In this document: positions 57,580 through 64,000 of the stretch, in pieces
Numbering within the stretch: the stretch's first letter is position 1
Layout of the letters: every line of letters starts with the position of its first letter
DNA from: a candidate division WOR-3 bacterium
GTDB lineage: Bacteria; Hydrothermota; 32-111
DNA: 64,000 bases
Assembly: GCA_039804105.1 (NCBI GenBank)
Contig: JBDRZU010000001.1
Coordinates: 672,001-736,000 of the forward strand
Direction: 5' to 3'
Position numbers and translations under genes: made by a program
The notes under the pieces: generated by a model
The model's input: only the letters and a program-made list of their open reading frames with translations
Told to the model about the DNA's origin: nothing
The model's database searches: none

Positions 57580-58560
57580 TTAATAACCTTTTTCAAGATC
57601 AACTATATTTTTTAGTTTTTTTCCTTCAATGAGATTTTTAATATTTTCAATTGTAAAATCTACATCACCTTTTTCCGCCTCCTCTGTGTGTGCACCTTTA
57701 TGGGGTGATATTACAACATTCTCGAGTTCATATATCGGATAGGTCGAAGGTGGTTTTTTGTTCTCTTCTCCATCTTTTGGATAATTATACCAAACATCAA
57801 GTGCAGCACCTTTTAAAATTTTATTCTTTAAACTTTCATATAAAACTTTTTCATCAATTATTCTTCCTCTTGAAACATTCACAAGATATTTTCCCTCAAG
57901 TAAAGAAATATTCTTTTCATTTATTAAATTTTCACTCTCTTTCGTCAAAGGTAATGTTAATAAAACTATTTGACCAAACTTTAAACCTTCAGATAAATTA
58001 TCTGTTATAAAATCAAAATTTTCGAGATTCTCGTTTTTTTCAAGTTTTCTTTTCACTCCCATTATTTTGCAGTTAAAAACCTTTAGCAAACGAGCGAGTT
58101 CCTTTCCAATACTTCCTGTTCCAACTATGGTACATTTTTTTTCGCGTATCGTATCCCAGTATTCTTTGTAAAGTCCATCCCTATGCCAGATCCCTTTTTT
58201 AAGATCTTTATGAAAAATAACGATCTTTCCAAGAAGTGCAAGAGTCAATGCGAAAGCCCTTTCAGCAACATATTTTGTATTCTCATGAGAATTACAAACA
58301 ACAACATCTCTTTCTTTAAGAGTATCAAGCGGAAAATTGTTTAAACCAGCGTAGGGAACAAAAAGATATTTTAAATTTTTCGAAAATTCTATCTGCTCTT
58401 TTTTTAAACGATAAGTTATGAGAACATGTGTAAATTCGATTTCTTCCTTTTCAAATTCTCTTTTAACTTCTTTGAAAAGATGCTCTTTATAATTATGTTT
58501 CAATTCTTCTATCTTTTTTTTCCAGTATTCAGATGAACAACCTGCAAAAGTTATTTCCAT
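57580..58560 (-). CDS. D-isomer-specific 2-hydroxyacid dehydrogenase
   Basis: 'VAE', 'GTGSIG', 'LPLT', 'VNVSRG', 'AALDVW', 'SPH'. Confidence 0.92.
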   Translation of the reverse strand: MEITFAGCSSEYWKKKIEELKHNYKEHLFKEVKREFEKEEIEFTHVLITYRLKKEQIEFSKNLKYLFVPYAGLNNFPLDTLKERDVVVCNSHENTKYVAERAFALTLALLGKIVIFHKDLKKGIWHRDGLYKEYWDTIREKKCTIVGTGSIGKELARLLKVFNCKIMGVKRKLEKNENLENFDFITDNLSEGLKFGQIVLLTLPLTKESENLINEKNISLLEGKYLVNVSRGRIIDEKVLYESLKNKILKGAALDVWYNYPKDGEENKKPPSTYPIYELENVVISPHKGAHTEEAEKGDVDFTIENIKNLIEGKKLKNIVDLEKGY

Positions 58561-58567
58561 AGAAATT

Positions 58568-58595
58568 ATACTATCCGATTTATTCTTTTAGTCAA
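58568..58595 (-). promoter_or_regulatory. promoter TTGACT-N16-TAGTAT (overlapping TATAAT), 7 nt before ATG 58560; likely leaderless
   Basis: Read on the minus strand; no RBS. Confidence 0.5.
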
Positions 58596-58709
58596 CATTT
58601 GAAATTATAAAACTGATGATGTTATTGAATGAGACCAAAAAATCTATTTAATTCTTTCATCTAAAATGTTTCCAATATATTTTTTTATAAAAAGCCACCT
58701 ATATCTCTA

Positions 58710-58737
58710 TTGACAAAAAGAGGTTTAAATATATAAT
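58710..58737 (+). promoter_or_regulatory. consensus promoter TTGACA-N16-TATAAT for rpsT
   Basis: TTGACA at 58710-58715 and TATAAT at 58732-58737; AGGAGG RBS downstream. Confidence 0.78.
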
Positions 58738-58760
58738 AAAGCAAAAAAATAGGAGGTAGT

Positions 58761-59012
58761 TTGCCAAAAAGTAAAGCGCAGGAAAAATCAGTCAGACAGA
58801 ATAAGGTTAGAAGAGAAAGAAACAGAAAAGAGAAGGAAAAAATCAAAAAGATTATGAAACAGGCACTTAAAGCCACAAGTGAGGAAGAAAAAATTAAGAT
58901 ATTAAAAGAAGGTTACAAAATAATAGACAAAGCTGCTTCAAAAAATGTTATAAAGAAAAACAATGCTGCAAGAAAAAAATCAAAAATTGCAAAAATTTTA
59001 AAAGTTAAATAA
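58761..59012 (+). CDS. rpsT: 30S ribosomal protein S20
   Basis: 'K..EK.VRQN..RR.RN', 'IDKAASK.VIKKN.AARKKS'; TTG start. Confidence 0.95.
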   Translation: MPKSKAQEKSVRQNKVRRERNRKEKEKIKKIMKQALKATSEEEKIKILKEGYKIIDKAASKNVIKKNNAARKKSKIAKILKVK

Positions 59013-59019
59013 TCAATAA

Positions 59020-59047
59020 AAAAACTCCGCATAAAAGCGGAGTTTTT
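59020..59047. terminator. bidirectional intrinsic terminator
   Basis: AAAAACTCCGC-ATAAAA-GCGGAGTTTTT between convergent rpsT and tonB. Confidence 0.85.
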
Positions 59048-59071
59048 AATTTCCAACTTTTTATAAATATT

Positions 59072-59689
59072 TTATTTTGTTAATCTGAAAGTTATAGGAT
59101 ATGTTACATAACATCTTATAGGTAAATCTCTCGTCATCGCAGGAGACCATTTCAACTGGTATGCTGCCTTAACTGCAGCCTCATCAAGTAATGGATGAAC
59201 GCTTTTTAAAACTTTTACCTGTGATACTGTTCCATCCTTTTCAACAACAAGTTCAAGAAATACTGTTCCTTCAATTCCAAGTTGTCTCGCCATCTGTGGA
59301 TATTCAGGATCTATTCTTTGAATCAACTGTGGTGCCTGTTCATATATTCTAAAGATTTCACCTTCATATTTTTCAATATTTAGATCCTCTGTTTCAAATG
59401 TTGTCTGAATATCTATATTTTTTGTTACCTCTGATTCTTTCGTTGTTTCAACAATCTTTTTTGGGAGTTGAGGTTTTGAGATTTCTTGAGGTTCATTTAT
59501 TTTCTGTATCTGATCAGGTAACTTCTCCATTACGACTACATCCTTTTTCTCCTTCATTTTGTAGGGATTCGTTTTCAGTTTTGGAATAAAAAGGAAAAGT
59601 ATTATGAAAAGTATAAGTGTGGTCAAAAGTGATGATTTCACGAATGTAGGATACTTTTCTTTCAAATCATTTCTAATAAATTTTTCCAT
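59072..59689 (-). CDS. tonB: energy transducer TonB
   Basis: N-terminal TM; C-terminal 'P.YP..A..GIEG.V.L..V..DG.V', 'LDEAA..A', 'W.PA', 'PI.F.L'. Confidence 0.92.
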   Translation of the reverse strand: MEKFIRNDLKEKYPTFVKSSLLTTLILFIILFLFIPKLKTNPYKMKEKKDVVVMEKLPDQIQKINEPQEISKPQLPKKIVETTKESEVTKNIDIQTTFETEDLNIEKYEGEIFRIYEQAPQLIQRIDPEYPQMARQLGIEGTVFLELVVEKDGTVSQVKVLKSVHPLLDEAAVKAAYQLKWSPAMTRDLPIRCYVTYPITFRLTK

Positions 59690-59697
59690 ATGCTCTC

Positions 59698-60126
59698 CTA
59701 TTTGATCGCATTGACTTTCTTAGCACTTAAAGAAACATGAAGAGCGTTCGCTTTTATAAGTTGACCAAAAACATCGTTTGATATCCAATAAGGAGTATTC
59801 TTATCAGCCATTATCGAAACTATCAGATTTGGGTTAACTCTCTTTTTCTGTTCTATTATGTTTTTTATCTGTCCTATTGGAACGATTCTGTCATCTATGG
59901 ATACAACTCCCCTATCTCCATCGTAGCCAATCCAAACATGAGCAAGGTTTTTTGTTTCAATCTTTTTAGATGATAACGCCTGTGGAAGATCTATTCTTAA
60001 TCCCTGTTCAGTTCTGAACACTGTTGTCACCATAAAGAATATGAGAAGGAGAAAAACTATATCTGAAGTTGTTGATGTTGGAATCGAAGGTGATGTTTCT
60101 TCAACTTTTCCAAAATGTTTTTTCAT
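59698..60126 (-). CDS. exbD: biopolymer transporter ExbD
   Basis: 'DIVFLLLIFFMVTTVF', 'LP', 'I.ADK..PY'. Confidence 0.92.
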   Translation of the reverse strand: MKKHFGKVEETSPSIPTSTTSDIVFLLLIFFMVTTVFRTEQGLRIDLPQALSSKKIETKNLAHVWIGYDGDRGVVSIDDRIVPIGQIKNIIEQKKRVNPNLIVSIMADKNTPYWISNDVFGQLIKANALHVSLSAKKVNAIK

Positions 60127-60135
60127 CTTTCCTCC

Positions 60136-60573
60136 TTACATCTCATCATCTTCTGCTGGAGATAGAGATATTTTCTCTTTCTTCTGTGCTTTTTCAAACG
60201 CTATTTTCAATTGGTCAAAAACTCTTATCATATAATCATATTTAGCAGATCTTGTTGGTATTATAGAAAATATCAAGGAATCTCCATTTGGTTGATTTAA
60301 AAGTTCCATCGCTTTATCAGAAACCGCTGTCCATTCGACCGGATCATTTTCTATTCTAACATCTCCAAACCTGTTTATTCTAACATGTACGATATTCTTT
60401 GATAAGACTGTGATCGTCTCTTTTGATTCTTCAGGTAACACTATTTGAAGCCCCATCTCAGTGTTAAAACTTGATGTCACAAGAAAGAATATGAGCATCA
60501 AAAAAGTGATATCACCCAAAGATGCTGTTGGAATATCAGGTTTTTGGAGTGTCTTTTTTCTTTTAAATAACAT
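60136..60573 (-). CDS. exbD: biopolymer transporter ExbD (second copy)
   Basis: 'IPTASLGDITFLMLIFFLVT', 'Y..MI.V.D.LK'. Confidence 0.9.
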   Translation of the reverse strand: MLFKRKKTLQKPDIPTASLGDITFLMLIFFLVTSSFNTEMGLQIVLPEESKETITVLSKNIVHVRINRFGDVRIENDPVEWTAVSDKAMELLNQPNGDSLIFSIIPTRSAKYDYMIRVFDQLKIAFEKAQKKEKISLSPAEDDEM

Positions 60574-60585
60574 ATTATCTCCTGA

Positions 60586-61212
60586 TTATGCTTCCTCTAT
60601 CTCCAAACTCATCAAAATTTCAACTATTTTGTTCGATGCATCTTCAAGTGTTCTCGAATAACCGTTCACAACTGTCTGAAAATATGTGAATGCTGCAGAA
60701 ACTGGTATTGCGATCACAAGACCTGTAAGGGTTGTTATCAGTGCCTCTGAAATACCACTTGCAACGAGTTTTGGTTCAACAGTTCCCGCAAGTGCTATAG
60801 CATCGAATGCGTTTATCATTCCTGAAACCGTTCCCAAGAATCCAAGCATTGGAGCAAGTGTTATAACTGCTGATAAGAATGGCATTCCTCTATCAAGGAA
60901 AGCGAGTTCTGTCACACCTGCTTTTGCTATTGCATCCTCAATAGCACCTTTATCCTTTCCAACATATTGAAACTCTGTCAAAGCTGCCTCAATAACTCTT
61001 GCAAAAGGACTTGGATTTTTTGCACAATATTGTATTGCAGCTTCTATTCCCTCTTTCTCTATTTTATTCTTTAACTCTTCAACAAACTTCTTTGGATTCT
61101 TGTTCATTATAAGAAGAGTTACGAATCTTTCAATGATAAAAACAACTCCAATGATAGCGCATGCGAGTAGTGGCCACATTGTCCATCCACCTCTCTGGAA
61201 TAAATCTAACAC
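60586..61212 (-). CDS. exbB: MotA/TolQ/ExbB proton channel protein
   Basis: 'GG..M.PL', 'APMLGFLGTVSGMI.AF', 'GISEALITT..GL..AIP'; GTG start. Confidence 0.94.
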   Translation of the reverse strand: MLDLFQRGGWTMWPLLACAIIGVVFIIERFVTLLIMNKNPKKFVEELKNKIEKEGIEAAIQYCAKNPSPFARVIEAALTEFQYVGKDKGAIEDAIAKAGVTELAFLDRGMPFLSAVITLAPMLGFLGTVSGMINAFDAIALAGTVEPKLVASGISEALITTLTGLVIAIPVSAAFTYFQTVVNGYSRTLEDASNKIVEILMSLEIEEA

Positions 61213-61255
61213 AACTTCCTCCTGGTTAATTTTAGTTTATCTTTTTAAGTAGTTA

Positions 61256-61283
61256 ATTATACTTTTTAATCCAATTTTGTCAA
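61256..61283 (-). promoter_or_regulatory. consensus promoter TTGACA-N16-TATAAT for exbB-exbD-exbD-tonB
   Basis: Read on the minus strand; AGGAGG RBS downstream. Confidence 0.78.
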
Positions 61284-61286
61284 TAA

Positions 61287-61637
61287 TTATCTTGTTGACC
61301 AAATATAGTATATCAAAGAAGCGAGTATTGCAAAAAGTCCGGCAAGAAGGATCATCAGTCCTTCAAGTGATCCAACCTGCATCGTCTTTGCTATCTGGGG
61401 CAAAAGATCGTAGGGGTTTGATCTTGCTAGTGCTGGGAAATAAACTGTAAGTTTGATTATATGTACCACAGCGCCAACAAGCACCAGAATACTACCTAAA
61501 ATTTCAAGAACCCATATTGATGGTTTTCTTATTATTTTCAACAACCTTTTCAAAATTAAAGCTGAGATGAATAGAGATATTGAAAAAAGTATTATCCCTA
61601 TGGCAAGCATTATTTCCGCTGGGAATAAAACTTTCAT
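61287..61637 (-). CDS. small three-TM membrane protein, unknown function
   Basis: Three hydrophobic segments; GGAGG RBS; 4-nt overlap with the upstream gene. Confidence 0.75.
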   Translation of the reverse strand: MKVLFPAEIMLAIGIILFSISLFISALILKRLLKIIRKPSIWVLEILGSILVLVGAVVHIIKLTVYFPALARSNPYDLLPQIAKTMQVGSLEGLMILLAGLFAILASLIYYIWSTR

Positions 61638-62023
61638 TTTGCCCCTCCTTTGTGAGGTTTAACAACATTGTAGAATTTTAAACTTCCGATAAGGGAAAGG
61701 ACTCCTGAAAGGAAAAAGAAAAAGTATCCGATCCATGTCTGGATATCTGTCATTTTCAAATTTCCAACTATGATCAAACTGTATGCCTGAATCATCGCAT
61801 AAACTATTATTCCAGTAGGTGATATCATTATAAACTGCCAGTCAGTTTTCTTATGCAAAACCTTTTCATATCTTTGTGCAATTATGCCAACAAGAAAAAG
61901 AGAAAACCAAAGAAGAACAGCACCTAAAATTGTAAGAACACTTGATAACATTTTTGAATCTGTGACATATTTGGGGATTCCGGTTTGAGTTATAGAAACA
62001 AGTTCAAAAAATTTTAACACCAT
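61634..62023 (-). CDS. small three-TM membrane protein, unknown function
   Basis: Three hydrophobic segments, 'RYEKVL.KKT.WQF...P.G'; GGAGGAG RBS. Confidence 0.75.
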   Translation of the reverse strand: MVLKFFELVSITQTGIPKYVTDSKMLSSVLTILGAVLLWFSLFLVGIIAQRYEKVLHKKTDWQFIMISPTGIIVYAMIQAYSLIIVGNLKMTDIQTWIGYFFFFLSGVLSLIGSLKFYNVVKPHKGGAK

Positions 62024-62033
62024 ATCTCCTCCA

Positions 62034-62711
62034 TTATTTCAAACTTTGTAAAATTTTTTCAACCATCTTCTGTGATTGGCTTGGACCTATGATCATCGAT
62101 GATGCCTTCGAAAATCTTTTCAAAAATTCATCGAGTTTATTCTGATTGAGATTTTTTATATCAAGTTTCATCTCTGTAATAATATTGTTGATTATGTCAT
62201 CAGCAAAATCTTCAAGGAACTCTGCTGCAATTTTTTTAATCTTGTTAAAAGATTGATCATCTATTTTTAAAGTTGGAACACTCTCCTCTTTTTCGACAGT
62301 TTTTTCTTTTACATCTTCTTTTACCGGTTGTGCAGGTTTGATCACTATCTTTTTCTTATCTTTTAAAGCGACTTTTACTTTCCCTTCCTTTTCCTCTTCA
62401 ACAACCTCTTTTTCTGCGATTTCTGCAAAATCTATACTATCAACTGAAACATTTTTGTTAACTATGATTCCAAAAAAAGAATTGTTTTTTTGAAAAAATA
62501 CTATTTTTTTATTTTCATTCTGAAATTCAATTTTTTCAACTCTCGAAACATTTGCAGCATCAAGAGATTGTTTCAATACAACTATCACCTGTTTTACAAC
62601 ATCATCAGTATATCCAACGATTCCGGTCTTTGAAATCGTTTCGTTTTCATTTGAGAACACGAAATCAGCGTTGAATTTTTCCCTTATTTTCTCAATATTG
62701 TACCCCATCAC
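62034..62711 (-). CDS. hypothetical protein: roadblock-like N-terminus, charged linker, helical C-terminal domain
   Basis: About 95-aa alpha/beta N-terminal segment ending 'FFGIIVNKNV'; Lys/Glu/Val linker; helical C-terminus ending 'IIGPSQSQKMVEKIL'. Confidence 0.55.
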   Translation of the reverse strand: MMGYNIEKIREKFNADFVFSNENETISKTGIVGYTDDVVKQVIVVLKQSLDAANVSRVEKIEFQNENKKIVFFQKNNSFFGIIVNKNVSVDSIDFAEIAEKEVVEEEKEGKVKVALKDKKKIVIKPAQPVKEDVKEKTVEKEESVPTLKIDDQSFNKIKKIAAEFLEDFADDIINNIITEMKLDIKNLNQNKLDEFLKRFSKASSMIIGPSQSQKMVEKILQSLK

Positions 62712-62718
62712 TTCCCCC

Positions 62719-63489
62719 TTACCTTTTACTCAATTTTTCAATAACATTCTGAACCATCTTTTTTGCTTCAGATGCTCCATAAACCTCAACCGCTTTTTTA
62801 CAAACTCCATCGATCAAAACTTTTGTTGTTCTCTGGATATCATCTCTACTGATCTCAACAGGAACTACATCCTTTACATCAATTTTATCTTTGATATCGA
62901 GTGCTTTTTCAAGAATATCAACACTTGAAAGGTTTTCTTTAATGAAATTGTTCCAGATCTTTCGATCTCCACCTTGTGAAAACTCATCCACAAGATAGTT
63001 CAACTGTAAAACTTTTGAAATTAAAAGTTTCCTTTCAATTTCACCTAATCTGTTGACTTCCTGTGTTTGAAATTCCTGTTTGGGTGAATTAAAGGTTTGC
63101 TCAACAACTGGTTCTTTTATAGGTTCACTTTCAACTATCTTTGGCTCCTCAACTATTTTTGTAGTTTCAAAAATATTTTTGAATTCATTGTAAAACTTAT
63201 CGATTTCAACTTCCCCATTGATTTTAAAAAGTAGAAACTCACTTTTCTGAGAAATTAGAATAAGATTGTTACCATCAACTTTCATAAAGGAAATCAAAGG
63301 ATAGTTCATCTGAAACTTTTTAAATATAACATCACCAGCAGAACCAAGAAATGCTCCAATATCACCAAGATTTGCTGGTTGTTCTCCGAATTTTTCAAGT
63401 ACCGTCCCATCCTCTTTGTTCAACCTCATAGCCCCAAATATGGGAACAAGGTTCTTCAATTTTTCAACTATTTCAGAAAGTCCCATCAC
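62719..63489 (-). CDS. hypothetical protein: roadblock/LC7 (MglB-like) N-terminus, Pro/Glu linker, helical C-terminal domain
   Basis: 'I..KLKNL..IFGAM.L..DG.VL...G...GDIGAFLGSAG..I...' followed by three beta strands, the typical roadblock topology. Confidence 0.6.
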   Translation of the reverse strand: MMGLSEIVEKLKNLVPIFGAMRLNKEDGTVLEKFGEQPANLGDIGAFLGSAGDVIFKKFQMNYPLISFMKVDGNNLILISQKSEFLLFKINGEVEIDKFYNEFKNIFETTKIVEEPKIVESEPIKEPVVEQTFNSPKQEFQTQEVNRLGEIERKLLISKVLQLNYLVDEFSQGGDRKIWNNFIKENLSSVDILEKALDIKDKIDVKDVVPVEISRDDIQRTTKVLIDGVCKKAVEVYGASEAKKMVQNVIEKLSKR

Positions 63490-64000
63490 TCACCCCTTCT
63501 TTATTTAAAAGTTCCCTGTATTTTTTCTTTGCTATCATACCACCAAGTTCTTCGATACCTTTTTCAAGGACCTTTTCAAAAAGAATTTTTTTCATATTTC
63601 TAATCTTCGCTTCATCCAAAAATCTGTCAGCACTTTCATCTATTTCAATCGTTTCATCTTTAAATTTTAAAAGACCTCCAATAGTTTCGAATCCAGAATT
63701 TGTTAAAACGTCTACTATGAAATGGAACCAATCCTTTGTGTTTGTGTTTTTGACTGCAAAAGTATCAAGGATATTGTTTAAACTTTGTTTGAATTCGTTC
63801 CTGATCTTTTCGACAAACGATTTATCAAAGATGAGTCCTTTTGAGATTAAATACTCGAGAGATTTATACGATTCAAGCAGAGGGAGATTGCTTTCCTTGA
63901 TTATTGTTCTTATATTCTTTTTACCATCAACTATTCTTATTATAACCCAATCAGTTTTTCTTAAACTTATATTATCCCCAAGCCCTTCAGCCCTTTTTTC
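63473..64000 (-). CDS. 3' part of a DUF4388-associated winged-helix protein (truncated by window edge)
   Basis: Open frame from 64000 to TGA at 63473: ...ISLRKTDWVIIRIVDGKKNIRTIIKESNLPLLESYKSLEYLISKGLI... (the wHTH typically found after DUF4388), then a helical domain. Confidence 0.65.
   Translation of the reverse strand, partial: EKRAEGLGDNISLRKTDWVIIRIVDGKKNIRTIIKESNLPLLESYKSLEYLISKGLIFDKSFVEKIRNEFKQSLNNILDTFAVKNTNTKDWFHFIVDVLTNSGFETIGGLLKFKDETIEIDESADRFLDEAKIRNMKKILFEKVLEKGIEELGGMIAKKKYRELLNKEGVSDGTF

Noticed and set aside
510..63603. Numerous 60-170 aa ORFs antisense to or nested in long genes
   Set aside because: They fully overlap well-supported genes, have no RBS or family motifs, and show the Phe/Ser/Ile bias expected from antisense reading of AT-rich coding DNA.
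1..64000. CRISPR arrays, IS/transposases, prophage genes, rRNA, riboswitches
   Set aside because: No periodic repeats, mobile-element motifs or long structured intergenic regions were seen; intergenic gaps are at most ~200 bp. A covariance-model search was not run.
8954..64000. Strong minus-strand gene bias
   Set aside because: Most simply explained by leading-strand co-orientation of housekeeping operons; no origin or terminus signal was identified.

Overview
A very AT-rich, gene-dense bacterial chromosome segment. Almost all genes from ~9 kb to 64 kb lie on the minus strand. The organism is a diderm (bamD, lnt, exbB-exbD-exbD-tonB, an OmpA-domain protein, a T9SS-type C-terminal sorting domain) that also carries DivIVA and SpoVG. 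This mix is consistent with an FCB-associated candidate lineage such as WOR-3/TA06, which is an inference. Most of the window is housekeeping (aspS, hisS, gltX, alaS, polA, hslUV, ispE-spoVG-tRNA-Gln-prs-rplY-pth-rpsF-ssb-rpsR-rplI, three tRNAs). No mobile element, CRISPR array or rRNA was seen. The main highlight is a translationally coupled run between alaS and ispE: a 58-aa 2x[4Fe-4S] ferredoxin missing from the ORF track, an archaeal-type geranylgeranyl reductase, and a group II geranylgeranylglyceryl-phosphate synthase. Together these suggest a bacterial module for saturated, archaeal-style isoprenoid ether lipids linked to the MEP pathway. Other notable items: a DUF4388/roadblock/membrane-protein cluster with a repeated C-terminal module at the right edge; homopolymer frameshifts in pth and a methyltransferase gene; sigma70-like promoters that mostly have 16-bp spacers, several apparently leaderless; a sigma factor whose conserved N-terminus lacks a canonical start codon; and a GGDEF-P-loop-TPR protein. 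All calls are by motif recognition only; no searches were run.
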